From the NCBI GenBank assembly GCA_044892525.1, contig CM097885.1, positions 20,958,001-21,022,000 of the forward strand: 64,000 nt of DNA. Reading direction: 5' to 3'. Source of the DNA: Schmidtea polychroa. Lineage: Eukaryota. The translations under genes and the position numbers were made by a program. Position 1 is the first letter of the stretch, and every line of letters begins with the position of its first letter. Below are positions 10,888 to 21,849 of the stretch, piece by piece. The notes under the pieces are model-generated. The model ran no database searches. It saw only the letters and a program-made list of their open reading frames with translations, and was not told where the DNA came from.

Positions 10888-11214
10888 ATGAAATTTGAAC
10901 GGAGTTTACCATATTTTAATGCTTTAATAAAGGCACCAAATTCGAAACGAATATCAATTTTACAGTCTTTTCCATCATTTGTTATTGATGATTTACTTGA
11001 AGTTATTATAAATGTTGTCCGCGGTAATGTAAATATAACTAAAGCTAAAAGATTAGTATTGCAAAGACATAAAAGATCACTTTTATCTCTAGTTGATACA
11101 AAAAATCGTCGTCTAATGAGAAAGATAATATATAAACAAAAAGGAGGGTTCTTGGGTGCACTAATTCCTATAGTCTTATCTGCAATTAGTGCAATCTCAT
11201 CATTAAGTTCTTAA
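10888..11214 (+). CDS. Polinton conserved small virion protein with QxGG cleavage site and C-terminal amphipathic helix
   Basis: EVIINVVRGNV...KQKGG/FLGALIPIVLSAISAISSL; ATG at 10888. Confidence 0.7.
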   Translation: MKFERSLPYFNALIKAPNSKRISILQSFPSFVIDDLLEVIINVVRGNVNITKAKRLVLQRHKRSLLSLVDTKNRRLMRKIIYKQKGGFLGALIPIVLSAISAISSLSS

Positions 11215-11283
11215 TGGGTATCAAGAGTTCATTACCAAATAAAAATATTGTAGATTTTAATATTTTGACAACTTGTTGTAATA

Positions 11284-12425
11284 ATGAAGGAAACGTATCA
11301 CAAAACCAACACAAAAGTGGAAAAAATGAAAACAAAAGTGAAAAATGTGAAAACAAAAGTGAAAAAAGTGAAAACAATAGAGAAAAAATTAAAAACCATA
11401 TGGACAAACCCAAAAGATCCAGATGGTTTTGGTGGCGTAGAAAAATTAACAAAACGAGTGAATAATTCAAAGAAAGAAACTCAGAAATGGTTATCTAATC
11501 AATTAGCATATAGTTTAAATAAACCAATGTTGAAACGTTTTCCAATAAGACCATACAAAACAATTGGAAACAATGATGTATGGCAAATGGATTTGATGGA
11601 AATGATACCTTATTCAAAAATTAACAAGGGGTACAAATATATTCTGACTTGTATAGATGTTTTTAATAGATATGCTCGTGCTGTTCCTACAAAAACTAAA
11701 TCTGCAAATGAAATGGCTGATGCGATAAAAGAAATGTTTGCAGATGGTAAACCTATTAATTTACAAACGGATTTAGGTAATTAAATTTAATTAATTAATT
11801 TTTAAATATATGATTTAGGTAAAGAATTTTATAACAGCAAAGTTAAAGAGGTTATCAAAGGAATAAACCACTACTCAGTATTTTCTCAGTTCAAAGCTGC
11901 TCACGTAGAACGATTTAATCGAACTTTAAGAGAACGCTTGAAAAAATATTTTGTATATCAAGGTAATAAAACTTGGATAAATGTTTTGCCAAAAATTATT
12001 TTCAGTTACAATCATTCACCACACAGAGGATTAAAAGGACAAACACCTGCAGATTTTACTAAAAATCAAAGTTAGAAAAAATCAATAAACCAAAATACAA
12101 GGTTGGTGATCATGTAAGAATTAGTAAAATCAATTCTTCACCATTCATCAAAAACTTTGATAATAATTGGAGTGATGAAGTATATCAAATTTTTAAAATC
12201 AATACAAAACAGAATCCTGTCATGTATGTGATAGTTGATCATGAAACCAAACCAATCACTGGTAAATTCTATGAACAAGAACTCCAAGTAATTCCTGCTC
12301 CTACAATATTTAGAATTCAAAAGATTTTAAAAACCAAAAAAGATGGTAAATATAAACAATACTATGTTAAATGGCATGGATATGAAACTCCATCTTGGAT
12401 ATCCGAAAATCAATTGATTAAATAA
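11284..12425 (+). pseudogene. int: Retroviral-like integrase with C-terminal chromodomain; 42-nt intron 11777-11818; frameshift near 12070
   Basis: WQMDL, CIDVF, spliced QTDLG|KEFYN, VERFNRTL, YNHSPHR; continues in another frame as KYKVGDHVRISK...GKFYEQELQ...YYVKWHGY..SWI. Confidence 0.9.
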
Positions 12426-12430
12426 ATATT

Positions 12431-13457
12431 ATGAAAGATTTTTATATTATTTTACCTTCTAATAGTTGTCCTCTTATTTTCCCTGATAATGAAGCTAGTA
12501 AATTTAATGTCGAATTTCAAAAATCCTATTTACTTGGATGGTGAATGGGAAGTAGCTCTCATGGACTTTACCTTTGTGTATAATACTTTTCCTTATTACA
12601 GTAATTCATTGATACAATATGAAAAAGTAAAGATGGATGAAGAAATTAAATATTTTAGAATAAATAATTCAAATCGAACCTTTGAAGTAATAAATCCTAA
12701 AAATACTCCTGAAGTTGACATGTTCATTGAAAGATATGAGAATTTGGTTGTTGTTTGTCCACATGTTCCATTTAAAATAACGTTTCCAGATTTTCAACAT
12801 GCTACTAAATTTGGATTAAAATCAGTATCGGTTATTAGTGATAGTGATCATTTGCGAATTAAATTACCAAAATTTACAGAAGATAAAACAATTGATCAAT
12901 TTGGTATAATTATAAGTGTTGTTGAAAAAACAAAATTTGAACATTATTTCGAAGATGAACTATACATCAATACTTTATCTGAAATACATGGTCAGTTAAT
13001 GACAATTAATCCGTCTCCCTTTAAAGATTTAAAAATACAAAATAATGAATTGGTTAAAATAAGTCTTGCTGATAACATTTCATAAATAACCTTTGATAAA
13101 AATTTAACAAAAACATTGGGATTAAAGAAACAAACATTTACAGAGAAAGAAATTATTGGAACAAAAATTCCAAAATTATTTAATCATCATCAACAAATGT
13201 TTATTTACTCAAATATTATCGAACCATTGACTGTTGGAGATGTAAGAGTTCCGTTATTGAAATCTATTTGGATAAAAAAATATGAACAAGGAGAAATTGT
13301 GCAACTAGAAATGAAGAATCCAATGTATCTACCAATTTCTAATTCTTCTATAAACAACATTGAAATCAATATACGAGATGATAGTGGAAAATTAATAAAA
13401 TTTAGTAGAGATACAAAAACACACTTGACATTACATTTTCGTAAAATAAATGATTAA
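12431..13457 (+). pseudogene. Minor capsid (penton) protein copy 1, disrupted
   Basis: MKDFYIILPSNS, then +1 frameshift near 12520, NPIYLDGEWEVAL, in-frame stop at 13083-13085, IYSNIIEP..VGD...PLL...IEINIRDDSG...LTLHFRK. Confidence 0.85.
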
Positions 13458-14466
13458 AAAAGATTTTTATGTGAATTTACCTTCTAATAGTTGTCCTCAG
13501 ACTCATCCAAATAATGAAGCTGGTAAATTTAATGTCGAATTTCAAAATCCTATTTACTTGGATGGTGAATGGGAAGTAGCTCTCATGGACTTTACCTTTG
13601 TGTATAATTATTTTCCTTTTTACAACAATTCAAATGTCAAATATAGTAAAAGTGTATTACATACAAGTTATGAATACTTTTACTTTAACCAAGAAAAAAA
13701 TGAATATACAATCAGTCACGACTCTCCATTTTATTTAATATATATTGATGGAAATACATTGAACATTAATTGTAAATATTTTCCTTTTAAAGTAGAATTC
13801 GATAGTATTAAAGAAGCGCAAAAATTGGGATTTTCAGAAAAAGAAATAACTTTTAAAAAAACCTTGAACCAAATCACTATTCCTCCAAATAATCGAAAAA
13901 TAAAGTTTGATACAATTCGATTAACTATACAATATTATTACGATGTCGAGTTTACAGATACATTCGAAGAAAATATCATTACAGATCTTTCACAAATAAA
14001 TGATCAACTATCACTCTTTTATCCTCGTCCATTTAAATCTGTTGATATTCAAAAAGGAAAAATCGTTAAAATTGTAATGGATGATGATGTCAGTAAAGTT
14101 CAATTTAGTAAATTTTTAGCCAATAGTTTAGGATTATTAGAAGAAACATATACTGACAAACTTATTATTGGTTTTAAAGAACCTGAAGTATTACAACGCA
14201 ATCAACAATTGATGATCTATACAAATATTATCGAACCAATTATTGTTGGTGATACATTGGTCCCTCTTTTGAAATGTATTTGGGTGGAAAAACATAAAAA
14301 AGATGATTTAGTACAAATAATTGAAAAGAATCCAATGTACTTACCTGTATCGTCTTCATATATAAACAATATAGAAATCAATATACGAGATGATAGTGGA
14401 AAATATATATTTGGAAAAGAAGATAAAACATACTTGACATTACATTTTCGTAAAATAAATGAGTAA
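13450..14466 (+). CDS. Minor capsid (penton) protein copy 2, intact
   Basis: FYVNLPSNS, L.GEWEVAL, IYTNIIEP..VGD..VPLL, P.YLPV, IEINIRDDSG, LHFRK. Confidence 0.88.
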   Translation: MIKKDFYVNLPSNSCPQTHPNNEAGKFNVEFQNPIYLDGEWEVALMDFTFVYNYFPFYNNSNVKYSKSVLHTSYEYFYFNQEKNEYTISHDSPFYLIYIDGNTLNINCKYFPFKVEFDSIKEAQKLGFSEKEITFKKTLNQITIPPNNRKIKFDTIRLTIQYYYDVEFTDTFEENIITDLSQINDQLSLFYPRPFKSVDIQKGKIVKIVMDDDVSKVQFSKFLANSLGLLEETYTDKLIIGFKEPEVLQRNQQLMIYTNIIEPIIVGDTLVPLLKCIWVEKHKKDDLVQIIEKNPMYLPVSSSYINNIEINIRDDSGKYIFGKEDKTYLTLHFRKINE

Positions 14467-14857
14467 TCCTGACATAATACATTTTTATAGTAGTAACCAA
14501 TCGGGTGGTGATTTACCATATTTTGTTGGTAAACAATATGGAACCGGTTGGTTGAAGACAATAGGTAGATTTGCACTCCCAATTCTTAGACGAATAGGAA
14601 ATTTTGGTATGAAAACAGCTAATGACGTAATAAATAACAATGCAAATATCTTGCCTGCTTTAAAATCAAATGCAATTTCTGAAATTAAAGAATCATTACC
14701 AGCTGTGATGCAACATTTACCTGAAGTAATTAATAAAGTATCCGATGTATTTAAAAATGATAAAGAACAAAAAGGCGGAATACTTAAACGTCGAAAAATT
14801 ATGAAGAAACATATAAACAAAAGAATGAAAGGATATGGTACCATCTTTGAAAAATGA
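14459..14857 (+). CDS. Polinton small virion protein, putative membrane-lytic (adenovirus pVI/pX-like; cupiennin-like in adintoviruses)
   Basis: QSGG, QYGTG followed by amphipathic WLKTIGRFALPILRRIG; QKGG and a basic tail; lies between penton and MCP. Confidence 0.7.
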   Translation: MSNPDIIHFYSSNQSGGDLPYFVGKQYGTGWLKTIGRFALPILRRIGNFGMKTANDVINNNANILPALKSNAISEIKESLPAVMQHLPEVINKVSDVFKNDKEQKGGILKRRKIMKKHINKRMKGYGTIFEK

Positions 14858-15875
14858 TTAGTGCTAAATCAGAATTATGTCTTTTTGATAGACCTTCTCC
14901 CCAAGCAGTGATTGAACATGGAGCATTTGAAGATATTTACCCAAGAAATTCAATTACAGATGCTGGTTCTTCTTCGATTCAATTTTACATAAACGGATCG
15001 CAGACTGAATATTTAGATTTGAATGATACTTTGTTATATATTCAATTGAAAGTTGTTAATAATTTTGGTGAGAATTTAGGCGAATCAGAAGTAATTCCAA
15101 ATAATTTCTTCTTCCAAACCCTTTTTAAAGACGTTGAATTAATTTTTAATTCAATCAAAGTTGAAGGATCAAATGATAGATTTGCCCACAAAGCATTAAT
15201 TGAAACACTTATAAATTATGACGGAGATACTAAACGAACATCTTTAGGTGGAATGGGGTATACTAACAAAGATCTTACGAGAAAAACATGGATTGAAAAA
15301 TCAAAATCCTTTTCTTTATGTTCCCCACTTCAATTTGATTTCTTTGATCAACCTAAATATTTACTACCAGGTGTTAGTGTTCAAATTAAATTAACAAGAT
15401 CAAATCCAACACTTAGTTTAACTTGTGCGAAAATTGAACCGAAAATTTTATTATTAGACGCAAAATTAATGGTTAGAAGAGTTCGTGTTGAACCATCGGT
15501 CTTGGCAGGACATCAAATTGGTCTGTCTACCAAAAATGCAATTTATCCTTTAAGAAGCAAAGAAGTTGTTGATTTCTCATTACCTATTGGTTCTTCCTCT
15601 TTTTATAAAGAACAAATATTTGGAGATAGACGATTACCTAATTTTATACTTGTTGCATTTCAATCTAGTAAAAGATTTAGTGGATCGTTTTCAGAATCAT
15701 TTTCTATATTTGATCACTTTAATGTCAAGTCCATAACTTTAAGTAAAGGAAGTGATTATCGCGAAAAATATAGTCAAGATTTTGAGAATGATGATTATAG
15801 TACAAGTTATATGCAATCGATTATTAGAAATATGGGTTATCTAAATAAAAATATGAATTGTGGTATCACCATGTC

Positions 15876-18800
15876 CAGGCCCGGTTTTAGGCATAGGCGA
15901 CGTCGGCAGCAGCCTAGGGCGCCGATTTACAAGCGGGCGCCAAATAGTTCTGCTTTTTTTATCAAGTAAATTAAATATTTTATAAACTTTCTATCTTTAT
16001 ATTGATATATACATATGTATGAATTTGTATATATATATATATATATATATGTATGTACGTAAAACATGTAATTCCATCGTTGTTTTAGTCCGATACCGAT
16101 TACTTATTTCTTTTAAAATTTAAAAAAATACAACGGAAAATCGATTTAAAAAAATATTTTGCAAGTTCAAAAAAGTTAACTGAAAAGCGGTTTTAAAAAA
16201 AATTTAGCATATAGCATGCTCTGAAATTTTTTTAAATTACGCAATAATTTTTAGTTTTATTTTAAAAGAATAAAGTCACATGCAGTAAAGTTTTAAAAGA
16301 CTAAAGTAAATGTTAAAAAAGTTAAAAAATAAATAAACAGAAAGTGAAAAAAAAAATAAAATTTAATTAGTGCAGGGCTCAAATTTTTTTTATTTAAAGT
16401 ATATATAATTTCGGTCGTACTTCCAGTATAATTTTTACATATATACAACACAGTAATTTAATTTATATTGGATTTTTCTACACCTATTATTAAATCTATT
16501 ATATTCTATTAATTTTTACTTGAGGTAGCATAATGGCAGATAGAAAAAAATTATCTGGCGCACAAAATAGAAAACGTAAAGCTGAAAAGAAAAATGAAGA
16601 AAAAAAGCAAGAAGGTGCTTTTCTGAAATATATTTGTCGTCAACAATCACAAGATAAAAATCGAAATGAAATGACTCCGAGAAAACAAGTAGACTGCAAT
16701 TTGGAAGAGCAAATGGATAGGAACTCTACAACTAGAAATGCAGAGGTGCCTATTTTGACTGAGTTTCCACATACGAATGTGGAAGAAACTATAGAAGAAA
16801 CTGAAGTTGAAACAATTGAAGAAACTGTTGAAGAACCTATAGAAGAAATTGTATTAGAAACTATAGAAGACACTGAAGAAATTTTAATTAATGAAACTTT
16901 GGAAATATTAGAAAGCGTAAATTCGAGTCTTGATTATAGTGATCCGGCAACTTGGTTAAATTCACATGACTTACGTTCTGGCCGTTTGAGGCAAATTTTG
17001 GTTGAACACGGACCAGAACAAATTGAAGAATTTGATTTTCCTCAAAATGAGAGCCATAGAAAATTTTCAATGAATTTTTATAGAAGGAGACTTGCAAATG
17101 GAGAAGAAATGCGGCGTCATTGGCTACAGTATTCCAAAACAACTAATTCGGCATTCTGCTTTTGTTGCAAAATTTTTAATAATAACCAGCGTGTAATACA
17201 TCTCTCCGATAAAGGATCAAGCGATTGGAAAAATATGTCTGTAATTTTAGAAAGACATGAGAAAAATAAGGATCATTTAATTAATTTTCAAACTTGAAAG
17301 GAGCTAGAATTGCGTTTAAAAAAGAATAAAACTATTGACCAGGATAATTTGCGTCTCATAAAACAAGAAGAGAGACACTGGCAACAAGTCTTAGAGCGTC
17401 TTATAGGTCTAGTTAAAGTGCTTGCTACGCAAAATATTGCATTTCGCGGAAGCAATGAAAAATTGTATTCTCCTGGAAATGGAAACTTCCTTAGCTTTGT
17501 AGAATATTTGGCCTCTTTTGATCCAATTATGGGTGAGCATCTTCGCAGAATAAAGAACAATGAAACACAAGTTCATTATTTGGGAAAAGATATTCAGAAT
17601 GAGTTAATACAACTTTTATCTAAGAGTATTAAAACAAAAATTTTAAAATCGATTTCCATGGCTAAATATTTTTCAATAATCCTGGATTGCACACCAGACG
17701 TTAGCCATACTGAACAAATGACGTTGATTATTCGTTTTGTCCATACAAATACAGAAAATTGTGATTTAGATCCCATATGCATAAGAGAACATTTTTTGGG
17801 ATTTGTGAAACTAACAGATACAACTGGTGCTGGTATGACCGATGAAATCGTTCAGATGTTAGCAGATATGTCATTACCTATTGAGAACTTGCGTGGCCAA
17901 GGATACGATAATGGTAGCAATATGAAAGGCAAAGAAAATGGCGTGCAACGGCGAATTCTGAATCTAAATCCACGAGCACTATTTGTTCCTTGTTCTGCGC
18001 ATTCTTTGAATCTGGTTGTTAATGACGCTGTAAGCTGTTGTTTAGATGCTACATCATTTTTTATGTTAGTGCAACGAATATATGTCTAATTTGCCGCTTC
18101 AACACGTCGATGGGAAGTTTTAAAACGTCATGCTTCAAACTTGACAGTGAAGCCATTGAGCGATACAAGATGGGAGAGCCGAATCGATTCCCTTAAACCT
18201 CTACGCTATCAGCTAAGTAAAGTTATTGCTGCACTTATTGATATTTTTCAAGATACTTCTCAAACAGGAGTTTCTGGTAATACTTCACGTATAGAAGAAC
18301 AGGGCCTTGCTAAAGCTATTTCGAATTTCGAGTTTGTAGTTTCTGTTATTATCTGGTATGATATTCTTTTCAACATAAATATTACAAGCAAACAACTTCA
18401 ATCTGAGAAAATTAATATTCAAGATGCTATGAAGCTACTAGAAGATACCAAAAAATTTCTATTCAACTCCCGAAATGATGAAGGTTTTGAAAGAATATTG
18501 GTAGATGCGCGAGAACTTGCTGAAGAATCAGAAATTTCCCCAATCTTTAAACAAACTCAGCGTATCAGAAAACAAAAAAAACAGTTCGAATATGAAGCCA
18601 ACGATGAGCCCATTCAGAACCCAAAAGAAAAATTTAAGATCAGCTTTTACTTCGCAGTTTTGGATAGAGCTTTAAAATCTGTTGAGCAAAGATTCACCCA
18701 AATGTCAACGATAAATTCAACATTTGGATTTCTATACAACATACATAATTTGCAATATATTTCGTCAAAGAAAATATTAGAGGATTGTCTTAAACTGGAA

Positions 18801-19340
18801 AATTTTTTACGGCACGATGATTCTAAAGATATTGATGGTACAGATTTATTGAACGAATTGATATTTATAGCTAGACATATTCCAAAAAACTTATTGCCGG
18901 AAGATGTACTTAATTATATTTGTAAAAATAATATAGTGGACAGCGTTCCAAATATATTTGTTGCTTTGCGAATTTTATTAACCCTACCAGTTTCTGTGGC
19001 AAGCGGTGAACGAAGCTTTTCGAAGCTTAAACAGATCAAAACATATATAAGATCTACAATGTCACAAGAACGGCTTGTGGGATTAGCAATATTGTCGATT
19101 GAACACGAAATGGCGCGTGATATAGATACGAAGTTGCTGCTTGAAGATTTCGCTAAACTAAAAGCACGAAAAATTAAATTTTAAATGGTTTTTGTTTTTA
19201 TATATATTTTTGTGTAATAAATAAATGAAGTATAGTTATTTTATTTTCATTTACTTCTTTAATTATTGGGTTTGTTTCTAGACTAGAGGCGCCATTTTTT
19301 TAGTTTGCCTAGGGCGCCAAATACTCTAGCGTCGGGCCTG
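15876..19340 (+). mobile_element. hAT transposon nested in the Polinton MCP gene
   Basis: TIRs CAGGCCCG/CGGGCCTG; perfect 8-bp TSD ACCATGTC (15868-15875, 19341-19348). Confidence 0.95.
16533..19184 (+). pseudogene. hAT transposase (ZMYM1-like), single frame with two nonsense codons (17295, 18087)
   Basis: TTF-type Zn finger (WLQYS..FCFCC), AFRG, DCTPD, GQGYDNG, C.AH.LNL, TRW, ASGERSFSKLK dimerization domain. Confidence 0.92.
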
Positions 19341-19584
19341 ACCATGTCTGATTTTAAGAGCAAGTATCCATTCTTTACATTCGTATTGGCACCAGATTTT
19401 GATCTTCATCAAAGTCAGTTACCACAAAGTGGAAATTTGCGATTAGATATTAAATTCGCATCTTCACTTACTGAAGCTGTTTCTGTAATCGTATATGGAG
19501 TTTTTGAAAAAGAAATTCAAATTACATCTACTCGTACTGTTTTGGTATAATATAAACCAAATATCGAAAATCAATTAATCAAAT

Positions 19585-19963
19585 ATGAAGTAAGAATTAA
19601 TTTAAATTATTTAATTATTATTAATTTAGTTCTATTCAGATACATGTTATCGGAAGAAAATTACTAGGAAAAGAATTTCTAGGTGTTTTCCCATTAGACA
19701 AAATACCTTATTTAGATGTCAACAAAGCAATAATTGTAAATACTCAATCTGCTAATCTGAATGGTGAACATTGGCTTGCAGTATACGTGAAACCAGACAA
19801 AATATATGCATTTGATCCAATGGGATTCTATTATCCACCTATATTAATCAATAAACTACAATCAATGTCAATGCCAATTGAATACAATGGAATACGTTAC
19901 CAAAACCCTATAACAAAAACATGTGGACAACATTGTTTGGCTTGGTTAAAGTCAATGAAATAA
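19585..19963 (+). CDS. Adenain-like cysteine protease, spliced (40-nt intron 19590-19629)
   Basis: ATGAA|gtaaga...tttag|TTCT gives MNSIQIH...FLGVFP.D...IVNT...GEHW.A...FDPMG...YQ...TCGQHC; absent from the ORF track. Confidence 0.9.
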
Positions 19964-20099
19964 ATTTTTATAATAAAATGTTGTTTTCAATAAATTTTAG
20001 CTGATTATTTCAATAAATTTTTAGTTGATTATTAATTCAATATAATTGATTATTAAAATTTAAATTTTAGTTGATTATTAAACTAAATCTTTAATTAAG

Positions 20100-20232
20100 T
20101 TAATTATTATGTAAGGTATTAAATCCTTTAATTATTATGTAAGTTATTTAATCCTTTAATTATTACGCATGGTATCAAATTTAATCCTTTAATTATTACG
20201 TAATGTATTAAGTAGAAGAAGAAGTATATAAA
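20100..20232 (+). promoter_or_regulatory. Candidate Pol II promoter: four TTAYGYAW (bZIP-like) sites upstream of TATATAAA
   Basis: TTATGTAA 20107 and 20135, TTACGCAT 20163, TTACGTAA 20196; TATATAAA 20225; GT-AG 46-nt intron candidate at 20280-20325. Confidence 0.4.
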
Positions 20233-20340
20233 TGATTTGTTTTTAAAATTTGCTCATAATTTGCTAGTACCAAAGGATTGTAAGAATTTTATTTTTTAAA
20301 TTATTAAAATTTAATTATTTTTTAGATAAAAAAGATTGAA

Positions 20341-20481
20341 ACTATGAAAATGAACAAAAATTCTGAAATGAATGAAACTATGAACAAAAATTCTGAAATG
20401 AATGAAACTATGAACAAAAATTCTGAAATGAATGAAACTATGAACAAAAATTCTGAAATGAATGAAACTATGAACAAAAAT
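20341..20481 (+). repeat. 30-bp tandem repeat (reads MNKNSEMNET)
   Basis: ATGAACAAAAATTCTGAAATGAATGAAACT, about 4.5 copies. Confidence 0.9.
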
Positions 20482-20584
20482 GTCAAATGTAAGTATTTTT
20501 ATCAATTTTTTATAAAATTTTATAAGATGAAATTACTAATATTTTTTAATGATTATTAATGATATTTTTATATAATTTTTTAAT

Positions 20585-20910
20585 AAAATTTTATTTGATC
20601 TTAAGAGGAAATTCACTCATTTTTTATAATCTAATATTTTACTAATATTTTAAATAAAATTTTATAATGAAATAAGGGGAAATCCCTCGCAAAAATTTTA
20701 TTTGATCTTAAGAGGAAATTCACTCATTTTTTATAATCTAATATTTTACTAATATTTTAAATAAAATTTTATAATGAAATAAGGGGAAATCCCTCGCAAA
20801 AATTTTATTTGATCTTAAGAGGAAATTCACTCATTTTTTATAATCTAATATTTTACTAATATTTTAAATAAAATTTTATAATGAAATAAGGGAAATCCCT
20901 CGCAAAATTT
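20585..20910. repeat. Tandem repeat of about 108 bp, three copies
   Basis: TTTTATTTGATCTTAAGAGGAAATTCACTC...GGGGAAATCCCTCGC repeated three times. Confidence 0.9.
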
Positions 20911-20939
20911 TTTTTTTATAATGTTAGAAATTAATAATA

Positions 20940-21190
20940 CTAATAATAATGTAGTCTACAGTGAACACGTAGCTGCATAATAGTCTGCAGTGAGCATGCA
21001 GTAGTCTTTAATAATAATAATGCAGTAGTCTTTAATAATAATAATAATGTAGTCTACAGTGAGCACGTAGCTACATAATAGTCTGCAGTGAGCATGCAGT
21101 AGTCTTTAATAATAATAATGTAGTCTACAGTGAGCACGTAGCTACATAATAGTCTGCAGTGAGCATGCAGTAGTCTTTAATATAATAATC
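20940..21190. repeat. Tandem repeat of about 70 bp with GTGAGCA motifs, three copies
   Basis: GTAGTCTACAGTGAGCACGTAGCTACATAATAGTCTGCAGTGAGCATGCAGTAGTCTTT separated by (AAT)n. Confidence 0.85.
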
Positions 21191-21272
21191 TGACCCTTAT
21201 TTAATAATTATTAACTTTAAAAATTTTTCAACAACATTTAATTTAAAATAACACTTAAATATAAAAATTTAT

Positions 21273-21706
21273 TCAAAAAACATTTGTAATTTTCCAAATT
21301 GGTTTAATTATAACTCCATTTATCTTGACTCCTTGAATAAGTATTCGAACTTTTGACTTTTTATCTTCGTCTAATTTACACCCTTTTTCACAATTGATAA
21401 ATGTAAATTTTTCATTAAAAATCATTTCTTTATTAAGTAATTTAAGAATTTCTCCAAGATTTTTTCTATCTTCTTCCCCAATATCTCCAATTTGAATATT
21501 GAATTGACATGTTTTTAAATTAACTGGTTCCTATAACAAATTAATATTAAATAATTAAATAAAAAAAAAATTACCTTGAATGAATAAGTAATAGGATATT
21601 TCAAATAGTACATATTATATTGAAGGAACTGAATAGGAGGTTTACATACCATACCTATAACTGATGTACTATTTTCTTCTAATAGGATACTATTTATAGT
21701 AGACAT
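21273..21706 (-). CDS. Spliced 129-aa Polinton protein (44-nt intron 21531-21574), possible OB-fold ssDNA-binding protein
   Basis: AAG|gtaatt...ttatag|GAA joins MSTINS...YSFK to EPVNLKTCQFNIQIG...KVRILIQGVKINGVIIKPIWKITNVF*; the function is inference. Confidence 0.65.
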
Positions 21707-21849
21707 TTTTTGTTAAATTTATTTCATTAAATTATCATTTATAGCAAATAATTAATTTTGATTGGATGCATACATGCAAAATTATAAGAAAATTTTAATA
21801 GTAATATTTTTAAATATATTTTTATCAAATGTTTTAGCCAAATTTTTAA

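Larger units (their letters stand above)
14854..19550 (+). pseudogene. Major capsid protein (double jelly-roll), split by hAT insertion: 14854-15875 joined to 19349-19550 gives 407 aa
   Basis: KSELCLF..P..Q..IE, YLDLNDT, QPKYLLPGV; removing the hAT and one TSD restores GITMSDFKSKYPFFTF...GNLRLDIKF...IQIT..R.V*. Confidence 0.92.

Noticed and set aside
11214..11465. 83-aa ORF overlapping the integrase start
   Set aside because: Alternative frame of a low-complexity AAAGTGAAAA repeat
15876..15969. Arg-rich C-terminus of the 371-aa capsid ORF
   Set aside because: Read-through into the hAT terminus, not capsid sequence
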